A stretch of DNA of 64,000 nucleotides from Candidatus Buchananbacteria bacterium (GCA_903888345.1 CAISTG010000007.1:1075-65074), one strand, 5' to 3'. Counted from the first letter of the stretch, positions 22,001 to 28,652 are shown. The notes: generated by a model from the sequence alone, not told the origin. Made by a program: numbers and translations.

Positions 22001-22258
22001 GCCGATGGTTCCGTTTGTGCTGGTGGCGGCGCTTGTTGGTTCAAATTAGTCGATCTTAATGGCAATGATGTGCATCGGGATACGCTTCGATATGGCGTAC
22101 CTTATAAACTACAATATACTGATGCGGAAATGGGCAATGGAACAGCAGGAGCAGTTTGGCGAACCGTTGGTTTGAATGGTGTCAGTCCAGCTGAGTGGCG
22201 CGCTAATGGTTCCGACGATATGATAATTATGCTATTTAATAATCAGGGCAACTTATAA
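10007..22258 (+). CDS. Giant (4083 aa) Cys-rich surface protein with N-terminal VirB2/TrbC-like pilin, IPT/TIG, lamin-tail-like, two LamG, Big_5-like, PsbP-like, GspG/pilin-head-like and Myxococcus Cys-rich (DUF4215-like) repeats
   Basis: YAGFIWMTSQGDPGKIEKAKNMIYGAVIGL; VTIFGRNFG (IPT); DEFVELYN (LTD); GLLGYYQFN...WHQVAVTF...LYIDG...DDILIYDRVL (LamG); repeated CGDG...GEECDD.N. Confidence 0.85.
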   Translation: MSKSIKNIIFLTVATLVLAIPFLALASSGVTAGTPTLAGLQSVFGAGNLTQIIARILQLFFALLGVIALVILLYAGFIWMTSQGDPGKIEKAKNMIYGAVIGLIIIFSAYAVASLIFNYFRPQTTTCTTPGEQQDCSVAYCNSTRTGYRECSAGKVWSSCHYDTSCGDDSIDFYSQAFANIFKFSDSASFPNWPGVAWDYSRNRSKLVALPRSATLQVEAYAHITGVNSKIDNLHLWETSSTERDLAAFTITGAGARGTYNFAWASTTWGTKDFAYDTTAIKVRINENNSLESKPVKVLFCADHYFDGLKNYDETGIDCGPGCLNCAGEACKKPGSDVCSADNCASGICNTDCRCASAPEITYVDPALDVNNDTNRLNLVASQIDDDISNGAVNNYVTIFGRNFGSATGTVKFSPLAGNLQVPAVVACAKSWSNNQIVVLIPSTLVPNESITTDSAIAAATPVRNYTINVQPAASTLFSNAWGFQVNKIERPGICQMTPGSGAYPTITTANGSNFPTTGVQSVIWSISGEFSTTSAAGRVTWYSAPFNVTSTAATNWTAASVKDVVPQNRLGRSGVRVYNGNVYSNYYVFQISDGKVGSPCGYDSQVCDQDLDTCGDSAVTGLQCQNCQRGDFSCDSSKNCTCQPLVAPTCTSDQACSSGGCSGTQQCLQGKLQPCVTVPGCVGFLGKSSTNSLFSWAFLANKQIGPGKQCLSELWNDETCSLSGCLDSNLACDTESSTDEFVELYNPTGVASDLSGLGVVYGESPVVTDGLLGYYQFNNSLKNSAPGSVDSLMVVNGGNLSNNIDCINLGCVNSRGARFMVAESKVNSSTLANFTWSVWFKPENLDNAAQFTDLLTKIGSNASQYIQLFWLNSTQELGFKWTNSFRLAKAGNARNKWHQVAVTFDDASNLATLYIDGEEIGKRTVAASISDNKYADLNIKLGSTSLTNQASFDDILIYDRVLNLAEIKNIYTYRGRSLSGNLAAGTVLSLRGTATTPLGLPKTSGFVSLVSSTGQVIDGFNYGLNSNQVVPGYYPGSVGRKNDGLDTDANSDFIYFSKNSEEALNTPKAVKTNTHLVINEFALTHNPCTCVQKAQMCSLGQVDNTACAPASQCQQVKRCQANGRFGSCELAKANCVPYLPTSSTIAVYAWSFNTNPAPPSKGPFIVSGCQGNGSCNDNNVLPSPTPWNVKWNQLAQPELKIDNASSCLNAVISARFSESMDANSLNTDNIKIFKATGANWEEVTGALVGSIDKLTTGEAGVNYFKITPRDRLAADSKYLVFVSKKVSDELGRNLIDNPSGVNSSYCTSTGSGLPTTPGVCWQFSTRSAGSSNLLCPVGCISVSPKNYFNRYYLQDKLHEATPISADNVCLALNKQDYAWNWSEYEQSGGATARQWTLQTVVENGFAQMKDYFTNVFSAGIFHQNAGQWYSGQATTTALRETNFRPYDINSWFSYEDIGYFRVTAKEVASEHFGSAPVHNDFTDPVVVENQYCSRSEDPAKQILQSPSPWKNQQDACINAVVFALFSRNMKNSSLVDATTGKPVNVEVYNCGNNAGKATSTDYNSGCTKVSDNNGWTASIFNYTQKNLTLQQLVAAQSTDNSTKLEGLRIFPKGNLEKNSWYRVVIKGGLNGVRGGTAGTEIAEGILQIPSKNALMKTGSDNSYYWYFKTGSGICPIDQVAVLPQFNYMDRVGLTQEYEADPIATNCNHLNPFNYSWNWQSLLNPFDDRCIDPATGNGVATICALTSVNCTNSDTKIRQPFVKAFGQTEGETNITARVETSTANETCVTDKWGYSQLQIGLGAFAVSSLNNSDCLNAELSLNFSTAASSTTLHPASASNTNGNILLYRCGTGVAGCDNLTTANLVDLTLKYPTNWPAPMKQIVFEPMTHLLANNTYRMVIKGGTNGVMSANNTQLEHLNYNIGGAAGGEACDRSTEPNNPLLASVCSDTCIFRPTANLCNTKYQECNNKQGLLAYYNFDNNYSNQVNIGIVSTSSTSFVAGKFNQALHFGAASHSYASLPSNWINANQGTISFWARPLDLVGTQGLLYTTNNTNKLVINAVNNTSTNSRNFTVFYGTDSRNVQLVSAVSNISNKWSQLVLTYNQNQLQLYVDGQLAATAANTTALSGGFGAIYLGKNNTGQFFDGDLDELATYESVLTVSEIKSLATRGYPESTAYRCNSLCQKMGIPTASNYPSGSCSNGKIDAGEQCDDGNSNNNDLCNNKCLWNGVSGGTCGNKVVDNGQFDSYYWDFKLSATAKVCNTLDWSGLNPCPNGIWSVGADQGVTGLALTAYRGSSAKENDLCIKDEELQKIGFWHRIINYIVKIAKSFLGLKVVSAAAYWCPINHLNFGTSELQAMARGNYSSSTQFADGATAELVAYTDDTNNFKINIIRSADWAASTEYKFIASYNKNGIIGTSTANITTFNNANSCQLKNIRFDVWPRGLAKTADAFNCASDPKTGKPDDCGRYSSDLYDDDMSAAWTKEYPANGYDLHSDANVGTATSYLPGNQHLYRLWALTSDKYVVRANFSALNLTNVSAESTSTLISGTGYTGDLWLTSGFKPGKSLLSATAIDQNGRGELGQADTALPIYTFFCNNPWPNAKNFPFIDSASNCSVGSGSCINSNFGTYYCRDTGVAKSCVQGNNIGKECTINADCWTNKALAIEGSCQLNTDDDLPSIGEYDALSGKITKGVAMGFSGETCQTLPSSFKLRLGYQSYVDNTNYVWDTNYTSIYRNSGNGWEKIDKGLWQLNGLSANFKPIFGYSVRVGSDPLVNHDYLWSGSEIYVYNGASWQSDASLKAKMQSIGFWPTGGYFWQGHNKVGLFDANGRIVNLDYDANGNFINVSADTTYTAVGFTARPKLFIDYHQGDRGPLMLDVNGNVWQVTSTANRFQQQTIMPAFTASFNPLWGGTNSDGSVFFGLDPKYFTLNYTGNNQWLAAVSATENYKTCDNKLKEFLFAGIKPEGGSDLVKAGDEYNSATNAATATFTKNTIDHSVYTLVNNTTTYDFALPEAGNYYVTLETANHNNANPRASAITVLPLGFNGAYGDCAQGSSLNGRDVYQKVRISIDGKNTSTLTLLATNPDNRQVNRLTAPIFVDAKGIHRVAIEWVNDCYCSTYFGDACQYGDLDSNLQIYSVRLTNANNLSTSDAIGMRVYNNNQHYSAALWYRTKFNPYTQGNLQAINVDGNKAVSEGRTVYVNAPDFGVIDPSGVGQSGTSIYSTIYLMSYNEGVSPTTLNIFKQLTNNWFFNAGGHSAGGLDEAEDVGVCSGGSSVSANTCVTDIDCMKRGAGYCDSTKAKATRDTVRLSDLQDMYLALGSYYNKTRCSNDLTRSCTNNANCFGGGVCGNFYPNLLSGTYISGKTYSVWPSWQQTLGKELGVTLPVDPLNLIYSNNSGTAVKCSDPYNPDTCWSEKDAKMDCRIHASSSFYTYYGTSFGSTNGGTVQPGTAVSIYAKGELFPYNSGNWRPDWNTVTNLRYNPFASYSSQISGQQFCERITNTCGNGRVDTGENCSNCPMDMGCEVGKACQNYSGNWTCGPLRLCGDGQRQVGEECDDHNTSNNDGCNSECLCENGYDCSGGVPVTKCGDGVITGSEQCEQTSNGPSCGNQTYQGQSCCNTETCRLNSWYRTNMSCGDGIKIDQEDCDCGTVGNSIFASRTADGSPPNPFACRVSNQDAAVVSSTVWNLTPLAYQYCLKDTCQGRTAEALYCGDGILTPANEACDKAVNGSKYCSDTCQCAAGATCDGTHTCGYKPGDGVCDSACGETHIANTCDDCAPCHNGEAYTGGTYNNDACCGADCNLVTGKIDPFDTPTFCGAGSSLTCNALCTATSYSTGCGQTHNNADCTPATPAWSCTQQVSTCVHYPDCTNAVTNSVFGPFCGDLTRNGSETTAIGTGYFCGQDLPPTNIQSGWDIHISQVTSPCTLAQTYTSFDDEKSGSRITAKGSTADLATNFRINFNTDPTSDFLFQLSPRRSDGNYYSPIVREGKNFWGTPVNEFTADGSVCAGGGACWFKLVDLNGNDVHRDTLRYGVPYKLQYTDAEMGNGTAGAVWRTVGLNGVSPAEWRANGSDDMIIMLFNNQGNL

Positions 22259-22276
22259 TAATAAATTTCTTATAAT

Positions 22277-23089
22277 ATGTTTGACGATCAAAATCAACCA
22301 CAATCTAATCCACAGGTACCAAGTAATTTGCCTTTCGGACAGCCGCAAAGTCCGTTTGTGTCGCCACCGCCAGTTATGCAACAGGCAATGCCACAAGCGC
22401 AGCCAATCGCTACTCAATCGCAGCCAACAAATTTCAGTCAGTCTATCGCACCAGTTGCTGATATGTTTGCGGAGACCGATCCTTTGGCTGGTGGACGAGC
22501 AAATCCTGCTGGTTATCCAGGTACGACTTATAATTCGCAAGCGGGAGTTCCTGGGTATCCACCAGCTGGTAGTGCGATGACCGACGATTTGTTTGGTCGT
22601 CGAAGTTTCCCCTGGGGAAAAGTTGTAACTATTATTATTATTGTATTGGTGGTTGTGGTCGGAATCGGTTCTATTTATTACGGTTATCAATACTTTTCGT
22701 CTGGCAACACTACCAAAGTTACTGGTACTCCAGTAACGACTACGCCGACTGTTCCGGCGGCAACAGCTAATACGTCAGCCGAGTTGGCACCATTAGCCAC
22801 TAGTACTGAGGTTACTCCGGCAGTGACCGAGGACAATAAAGATTCCGATGGTGATGGTTTAACTGATCAAGAAGAAAAAGTTCTAGGCACCAAGATTGAT
22901 GTTGCTGATACTGATGCTGATGGTTTGACTGACTGGGCCGAAGTTAAGATTTATAAAACCAATCCGTTAAATCCCGACACCGATGGTGACACTTATAAGG
23001 ATGGCCAAGAGGTAATCAATGGTTATGATCCATTATTGCCGGGCAGCGCTCGTTTGTATGAGGTGCCAAAGGCTACTAGTACTAATTAA
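22277..23089 (+). CDS. Single-pass membrane protein with Pro/Gln-rich N-terminus and bacterial TSP3-like Ca-binding repeats
   Basis: TM helix VVTIIIIVLVVVVGIG; DSDGDGLTDQEE..GT...DTDADGLTDWAEV...TNP..PDTDGD...DGQEV..GYDPL. Confidence 0.85.
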   Translation: MFDDQNQPQSNPQVPSNLPFGQPQSPFVSPPPVMQQAMPQAQPIATQSQPTNFSQSIAPVADMFAETDPLAGGRANPAGYPGTTYNSQAGVPGYPPAGSAMTDDLFGRRSFPWGKVVTIIIIVLVVVVGIGSIYYGYQYFSSGNTTKVTGTPVTTTPTVPAATANTSAELAPLATSTEVTPAVTEDNKDSDGDGLTDQEEKVLGTKIDVADTDADGLTDWAEVKIYKTNPLNPDTDGDTYKDGQEVINGYDPLLPGSARLYEVPKATSTN

Positions 23090-23102
23090 TTTTAGTACGC
23101 GT

Positions 23103-23190
23103 GTCATCCCCGCGAAGGCGAGAAGCTACCCCCTATTATTTTTCTAGATCCCCACTTCTGCCTACCGGTAGACACGTGGGTGGGAATGAA
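23103..23190. repeat. Degenerate GTCAT-type palindromic element
   Basis: gtcatccccgcgaaggcg ... agatccccac ... gtgggaatga, with an inner ctgcctaccggtagacacg mini-palindrome. Confidence 0.55.
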
Positions 23191-23241
23191 AAGGGTGTGG
23201 GGTAATAATGTTAAGAAATAAAATTTTAATTTAAAAAAAAT

Positions 23242-24459
23242 ATGTTCGGTTTCGGTAAGAAACAAACAACTGCTGTTGCAGACAAAGTCGATACAACGCC
23301 GCCACCAGTAACAGCGGATGTTTATGTTATGCCCGAAAAATATATCGTGCAGGGACCAACTGGTAACAATAAGGGCTTGATTATTGCTAGTATTATATTG
23401 TTGCTGGTTATAGTAGTTACGGGAAGTTATTTGATTTATGATATGGTCGGTCGACAACAAGCAACACCGACACCCCAAACAACGCCACCAGTAATTGAAG
23501 CAATCGAACAGCCAGTAGTTGAACCATTGGTTGCTACAACTTCCACTGAGGCGACAACGACTGAGATAACCGAAGAAACGGTGACGACCACGCCAACCAC
23601 TACACCAGCACAATCCGCCGTCATTATTAATAGCCAGGATTCAGATGCTGATGGTTTAACCGATGTGGAAGAAAACGTCTTTGGGTCTTTACCGACCAAT
23701 CCGGACACTGATGCTGATGGATATAAAGATGGCAATGAAGTTGCCAGTGGTTACAATCCGACCAAGGCGGGTACTTCTCGTATCAGTGATTCACCCTTTA
23801 TTGCGACACAAACAACTGATTTTGGGACAGATGATTTTTCGCTGCTGTATCCTAAGGATTGGCAAACCTCAATCATTAAGGCGAGTGAGCAATTATTACT
23901 GACTGCTCCGAGCGGTGAAATAATAAAAATTTCCGTTCGAGTTAACCAGCAGGCGCTATCGGCGCTATCTTGGTATTTACAAGATCATCCAGAGACTTCA
24001 GTCAGTCAGCTTAAGCTTGTAGACACGCTTGATGGTCAATTGACCGGTATCTATGCTCCTGATAGCTTAGCGGCCTATTTAACTGATGCTAGTAAATCTA
24101 AGTTTTATGTATTTGAATATTTAACTGGTCGACAAAGTGAGATTCGTTATCCGGCTATCTTTAATATGATTATTAAAAGCTTGAAGGTCTTACCAAAAGC
24201 AGCCACGACCGCCGTTGTTTCTTTTAATAATAACGCCAATCCCTTACTTAAGAGCCAATGTGTCAGCACTCGAACCTTCTGTCAGCTTAATCCTTGTGGT
24301 CCCTTGGCTGATGGCAGTAATAGCTGTACTGATGATAATCAGGGTTATTGTTACGAAAAAGAATGCGTAGTCGATGCTGATTGTATTAGCGGCAAGAAAT
24401 GTCAGCCGCTGGAGTGTTATAGTGGTGATGCTGCTCGCGGTGTTAAATTGTGTCAATAA
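23242..24459 (+). CDS. Single-pass membrane protein with TSP3-like Ca-binding repeats, PsbP-like domain and Cys-rich tail
   Basis: TM helix; DSDADGLTDVEE...NPDTDADGYKDGNEV..GYNP; FSLLYPKDW...IFNMIIKSLK (PsbP-like start and end). Confidence 0.8.
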   Translation: MFGFGKKQTTAVADKVDTTPPPVTADVYVMPEKYIVQGPTGNNKGLIIASIILLLVIVVTGSYLIYDMVGRQQATPTPQTTPPVIEAIEQPVVEPLVATTSTEATTTEITEETVTTTPTTTPAQSAVIINSQDSDADGLTDVEENVFGSLPTNPDTDADGYKDGNEVASGYNPTKAGTSRISDSPFIATQTTDFGTDDFSLLYPKDWQTSIIKASEQLLLTAPSGEIIKISVRVNQQALSALSWYLQDHPETSVSQLKLVDTLDGQLTGIYAPDSLAAYLTDASKSKFYVFEYLTGRQSEIRYPAIFNMIIKSLKVLPKAATTAVVSFNNNANPLLKSQCVSTRTFCQLNPCGPLADGSNSCTDDNQGYCYEKECVVDADCISGKKCQPLECYSGDAARGVKLCQ

Positions 24460-24462
24460 CCT

Positions 24463-24909
24463 ATGATAAATTTTGAAATTACTAATCAAACTCGGAGCCA
24501 AATTAATTTAAAGTTAATAAAATCAATCATCAATAATTTTTCGGAAGTTGCTCAAATCAAGGAAGCAGTTAATTTATCGTTAGTCTTTGTTGATCGGCGT
24601 TTAATTAAAAAATGGAATTTGATTTATCGTGGGAAAGACAAGGCAACTGACGTCTTAAGTTTTGCTCAAAGTGACGGGGAGGCTATTCCCGGGGAGATTA
24701 ATGAACTCGGTGAAATATTAATTTGTTTGCCAGTAGCCAAGGATCAAGCCAAGGAATATGGTTGGAGCGTAGACCAAGAAGTGACTCGGTTACTGGTTCA
24801 TGGTTTAGCGCATTTAATTGGTTATGAACATGAAAATGTTTCGCAGCGAGAGGCAGCGAAGATGACTAAATTCGAAGCTAAGGCGTTGGAAAAATTTAAG
24901 ATTAAATAA
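24463..24909 (+). CDS. ybeY: rRNA maturation endoribonuclease YbeY
   Basis: YRGKDKATDVLSF, LGEILIC and HGLAHLIGYEH motifs. Confidence 0.95.
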   Translation: MINFEITNQTRSQINLKLIKSIINNFSEVAQIKEAVNLSLVFVDRRLIKKWNLIYRGKDKATDVLSFAQSDGEAIPGEINELGEILICLPVAKDQAKEYGWSVDQEVTRLLVHGLAHLIGYEHENVSQREAAKMTKFEAKALEKFKIK

Positions 24910-24965
24910 TAATTATTTTATTAATTTTTAGCCAAATTGAACACAAATTTTGTTCAGTTCGCTAA

Positions 24966-24994
24966 TTGCCAAGAAGATTTTAATTTGTTATAAT
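24966..24994 (+). promoter_or_regulatory. Sigma70-type promoter for ftsA
   Basis: TTGCCA-N17-TATAAT with extended TG. Confidence 0.7.
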
Positions 24995-25019
24995 TTACTA
25001 AGCTTTTAAAAAATATCTC

Positions 25020-26264
25020 ATGCTCAAGGATAATCTCATAACTGGACTCGATATCGGTTCAACCTCTATTCGTATGGTAGTGGGTGAAAAACCACGCCAC
25101 GAAGCAAAAATCCGCATAATTGGGGCGGTTGAGGGCCCGTCGAAAGGTATCTCTAAAGGCGTCGTAGTTGATATTGACGATGCTATTTCTGCTATTTCTG
25201 CTGTTTTAGAAAAAACCGAACGCATGATCGGGCAACCGGTCGGACATGCCTGGGTCGGAATTAATGGTGGTCATATCATTACTACGGAAAGTCGTGGTGT
25301 TGCCGCTGTTTCTAAGGTGAACGGAGAAATTCGTGAAGCTGATGTTGAGCGGGTTATTGATAATGCGCGCTCAGTTTCGGCACCGCCAAATTATGAAGTT
25401 TTGCATGTTATTCCTAAGAGTTTTGCCGTCGATTCCCAGACTGGCATTAAGGATCCGGTTGGTATGACTGGCATTCGCTTGGAGGTGGAAACGCAAATTA
25501 TTCAGGGCTTATCTGCTCAAATTAAAAATCTCACTAATTGTATCTATCGTACTGGCTTGGAAATTGATGATTTAGTGTTATCAATTTTGGCTGCCTCCGA
25601 AAGCGTCTTGACTAATCGTCAGAAGGAATTGGGAGTCGTGGTGATTAATCTTGGTGGCCGCACCACGTCTCTGGCCGTGTTTGAGGAAGGTGATTTATTG
25701 CATTCTGCGGTAATTCCGATTGGTTCCGATCACATTACTTCAGATATAAATTTGTTGTTTAGAATTTCTATTGATACAGCTGAAAAAATTAAGGTGCGTG
25801 AGGGTAGCTGTTTAGCCAAGGAATTTAAACGTCATGATGAAATGAAATTTGCTGCAGTTGGTGGTATCGAAGAGGGCTATTTCTCGAAGAAACAAGTGGC
25901 CGAGGTGATTGAAGCGCGAGTCGAAGAAATTTTTCAATATGTGGACAAAGAACTGAAGAAATTGGCACGTTCGGGTCGGTTACCGGCAGGCGCAGTGATT
26001 ACGGGTGGCGGCGCGAAGTTAGACGGAATTGTGGAAGTAGCTAAACGAGTTTTGCATTTGCCGGCCTCTATCGGTTATCCCCATGATTTAGTTTCCTCCT
26101 TAGATAAAGTTTCTGATCCGTCCTTTACGACTGCTGTGGGTTTAGTCTTGTGGGGCAATCAAATGGTCAACAAAAAAATGGATTTAGGTATGGGAGGTGG
26201 ATTTGGCAGTATGAACAAGGCCATGGAGGGAATTCAAAAATTATTAAAATCATTTTTACCTTAA
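25020..26264 (+). CDS. ftsA: Cell division protein FtsA
   Basis: GLDIGST, DPVGMTGIRLE, GSDHITSD, ITGGGAKL motifs; C-terminal amphipathic helix IQKLLKSFLP. Confidence 0.96.
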   Translation: MLKDNLITGLDIGSTSIRMVVGEKPRHEAKIRIIGAVEGPSKGISKGVVVDIDDAISAISAVLEKTERMIGQPVGHAWVGINGGHIITTESRGVAAVSKVNGEIREADVERVIDNARSVSAPPNYEVLHVIPKSFAVDSQTGIKDPVGMTGIRLEVETQIIQGLSAQIKNLTNCIYRTGLEIDDLVLSILAASESVLTNRQKELGVVVINLGGRTTSLAVFEEGDLLHSAVIPIGSDHITSDINLLFRISIDTAEKIKVREGSCLAKEFKRHDEMKFAAVGGIEEGYFSKKQVAEVIEARVEEIFQYVDKELKKLARSGRLPAGAVITGGGAKLDGIVEVAKRVLHLPASIGYPHDLVSSLDKVSDPSFTTAVGLVLWGNQMVNKKMDLGMGGGFGSMNKAMEGIQKLLKSFLP

Positions 26265-26291
26265 TTAATAAGTCACTGAATTGAAACAAAT

Positions 26292-26993
26292 ATGATTAAT
26301 CAAAAAAACAGCCTATTAATTGCTGGTTTGGGGGGAGCATTAGTGGCCATCGTCGTCATCGGCGGCGCTCTGTTCGTTTATTTTCAATTTTTTAAAGGAG
26401 CTGATTCTAGCGATGGTAACAATAAGAATTTAACTGCCGTTAGTAGTACCGCCGATTATCAGATTCCAATGGGTGTGAATGTTCCGAGTCAAGATACTGC
26501 CTCAACCCAAGATCCAACAGCTGGATGGTTGTCATTTAGTTTGCCTGATACAAGCACTAAGTTGTCGGCATCCTCAAGCGTAAGTTCGACTTTGTTTTCC
26601 TTTAAGTACCCGCAAGACCTGACCTTGAAACAAAATAAGACCAATATAACTTTATCTAGTGCCTCAATTACTTCAACGATGTTAACTGTCAATTGGGAAG
26701 TTACGCCGAAAAGTTTAACGTCGTATCTTAAGGATCTAGACAAGGTTAATGCTAAGGCTTGGGAGGGTCAACCGTCTGTTAGCATTGTCACCTCTACTGA
26801 TCAGGCAGCGATTGGTAATTTGCCAGCTATTGTACGTGAACAAAAGCTCTTGGCGGCTGATTTAAGTCAGTATGTTGTTTATTTTAAGAATTCTAGTACT
26901 GTTTACTCGATTAGTGTCATTGCTCCAGCTCTCAGTCAGGATTTACTAAGTTTGTTGGTGGTGTTTATTAACAATTTTAAGTTAGGCAATTAA
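26292..26993 (+). CDS. Membrane-anchored hypothetical protein, PsbP-like domain
   Basis: N-terminal TM helix; W..F...FSFKYP and terminal FINNFK pattern. Lies between ftsA and ftsZ. Confidence 0.7.
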   Translation: MINQKNSLLIAGLGGALVAIVVIGGALFVYFQFFKGADSSDGNNKNLTAVSSTADYQIPMGVNVPSQDTASTQDPTAGWLSFSLPDTSTKLSASSSVSSTLFSFKYPQDLTLKQNKTNITLSSASITSTMLTVNWEVTPKSLTSYLKDLDKVNAKAWEGQPSVSIVTSTDQAAIGNLPAIVREQKLLAADLSQYVVYFKNSSTVYSISVIAPALSQDLLSLLVVFINNFKLGN

Positions 26994-27029
26994 GTTCAGA
27001 TCTTATTAAATAAACGTTTTTAACATACT

Positions 27030-28406
27030 ATGCCAGAAGTAAAACCAGAAATCGAGACCATAGCTAAGATTAAGGTAGTCGGAATTGGAGGATCCGGCGG
27101 CTCCGCCGTTAATCGGATGATCGCAGCCAAAATTCGTGGTGTTGATTTTATTGCAATCAACACCGATGTCCAAGCCTTGCATCATAGTATTGCCAAGACC
27201 AAGTTTCATATTGGCCAAAAAATTACTCGCGGTTTGGGTGCTGGTATGAATCCAGCGGTTGGATTGGCAGCGGCGCAAGAAAATTCTTCCGACATTAAGG
27301 ACATGCTCAAGGGTACTGATATGGTGTTTATTACCTGTGGCTTGGGTGGTGGTACCGGTACGGGTGCCTCACCGATTATCGCGCAAATTGCTCGAGAAGC
27401 CGGAGCTTTGGTAGTGGCCGTTGTCACTAAACCATTCGCGTTTGAGGGTAAACAACGTAGCCAAATCGCCGAAGAGGGACTTGAAGTGTTGCGTCCGATG
27501 GTTGACGCTATTATCACTATTCCCAATGAAAAGATTTGGCAGGTAGTTGATCAGAAGACTTCATTTTTAGATGCCTTTAAAGAAGTTGATGATATTTTAA
27601 GACAGGGAATTCAAGGTATTTCAGAAATTATCACTGTCCCAGCCTTAATTAATGTCGATTTTGCTGATGTGAAGGCAATTATGAAGGAGGCGGGCTCGGC
27701 TTTGATGGCGATTGGTGAGGGATCGGGTGAAAATCGTGCGGCCATGGCAGCGAAGGCTGCTGTATCATCACCTTTACTTGATTTATCGATTGATGGCGCT
27801 AAGGGCGTGCTGTTTGTGATCTCCGGCAGCAGTGATTTAGCCATGAGCGAAGTTAATGAAATCGCTTCTATTATTACGGCTGGCGTTGACGAGAATGCCA
27901 AGATTATTTTTGGTGCCAATATAGACGAAGGCCTAAAAGATAAGGTTCGGGTTACTTTAGTGGCAACCGGTTTTGGTGAAAATTTCAAAAAACAACAACG
28001 AGCCGGAGATAAAGATTCTTGGACTAGTAAAATAAACAATATTTTTGTGGAACGTCCGATTGGCAAAGAAGAGGCTGAACCCGTTAAATTTAGTAATCGG
28101 GCGGCGATTGGCAGTGATGAGCCACGAGTAGTGAGGGTGCGAACGGCGCCAGTGGAAGAACCGAAGAAATCCTTCTTTGGCTTTGGTGGTGGTCGCGAAG
28201 AAGCGAAAGACGAGCTAGATGTTCCACCGATCTTGCGACGAGGTGGGAACTTCAAGCCGCTCGACACTGTTAGTCAGGAAGAGGATGATAATGAGGTCCT
28301 TTCCGCACCAACTTTTAGTGATCGTGAGCCCCTAATGCCGGAAAACGAAGAGGCTGATGAAGACGATTTGGAATTGCCTAGCTTCATTAGAAAAAAGATG
28401 AAGTAA
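27030..28406 (+). CDS. ftsZ: Cell division protein FtsZ
   Basis: GGGTGTG tubulin signature, INVDFADV, C-terminal DLELPSFIRKK. Confidence 0.97.
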   Translation: MPEVKPEIETIAKIKVVGIGGSGGSAVNRMIAAKIRGVDFIAINTDVQALHHSIAKTKFHIGQKITRGLGAGMNPAVGLAAAQENSSDIKDMLKGTDMVFITCGLGGGTGTGASPIIAQIAREAGALVVAVVTKPFAFEGKQRSQIAEEGLEVLRPMVDAIITIPNEKIWQVVDQKTSFLDAFKEVDDILRQGIQGISEIITVPALINVDFADVKAIMKEAGSALMAIGEGSGENRAAMAAKAAVSSPLLDLSIDGAKGVLFVISGSSDLAMSEVNEIASIITAGVDENAKIIFGANIDEGLKDKVRVTLVATGFGENFKKQQRAGDKDSWTSKINNIFVERPIGKEEAEPVKFSNRAAIGSDEPRVVRVRTAPVEEPKKSFFGFGGGREEAKDELDVPPILRRGGNFKPLDTVSQEEDDNEVLSAPTFSDREPLMPENEEADEDDLELPSFIRKKMK

Positions 28407-28435
28407 AAATAAAAGTCAAGTTTAGAAATATTCTT

Positions 28436-28464
28436 AAAAACTCGGTATTTTACTGAGTTTTTTT
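28436..28464 (+). terminator. Intrinsic terminator after ftsZ
   Basis: aaaaactcggta-ttt-tactgagttttttt hairpin with U-tract. Confidence 0.7.
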
Positions 28465-28523
28465 GATAATTAAGAATATCTTTTAGGTGTTTTTGTTGAT
28501 AAAATATAATGGGCGTTTTTGGG

Positions 28524-28532
28524 TGTGGATAA
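28524..28532 (-). promoter_or_regulatory. Consensus DnaA box upstream of the nrdD promoter
   Basis: TGTGGATAA (reverse complement TTATCCACA). A one-mismatch box TGTTGATAA lies at about 28494. Confidence 0.5.
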
Positions 28533-28581
28533 CACTTCTAAACTAAAATATTTAACACAAAAATAGCTAATTACAACCGCT

Positions 28582-28610
28582 TTGACAGTGACTTCTGGGA
28601 CGGGTATAAT
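28582..28610 (+). promoter_or_regulatory. Sigma70 promoter for the nrdD operon
   Basis: Perfect TTGACA-N17-TATAAT. Confidence 0.85.
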
Positions 28611-28652
28611 GATACTAATTAAAGCCTTAAAAATAAAAATTGATTGCTACTT

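Noticed and set aside
6749-24459. Conjugative element / complete T4SS
   Set aside because: Only pilin-like domains are present. No VirB4, coupling protein, relaxase or integrase in the window, and the flanks are housekeeping genes.
28530-28580. NrdR boxes upstream of nrdD
   Set aside because: No convincing match to the acaCwAtATaTwGtgt palindrome; the region is merely AT-rich.
28410-28640. Replication origin
   Set aside because: Only one perfect and one near DnaA box, no dnaA/dnaN nearby, and no change in gene orientation.
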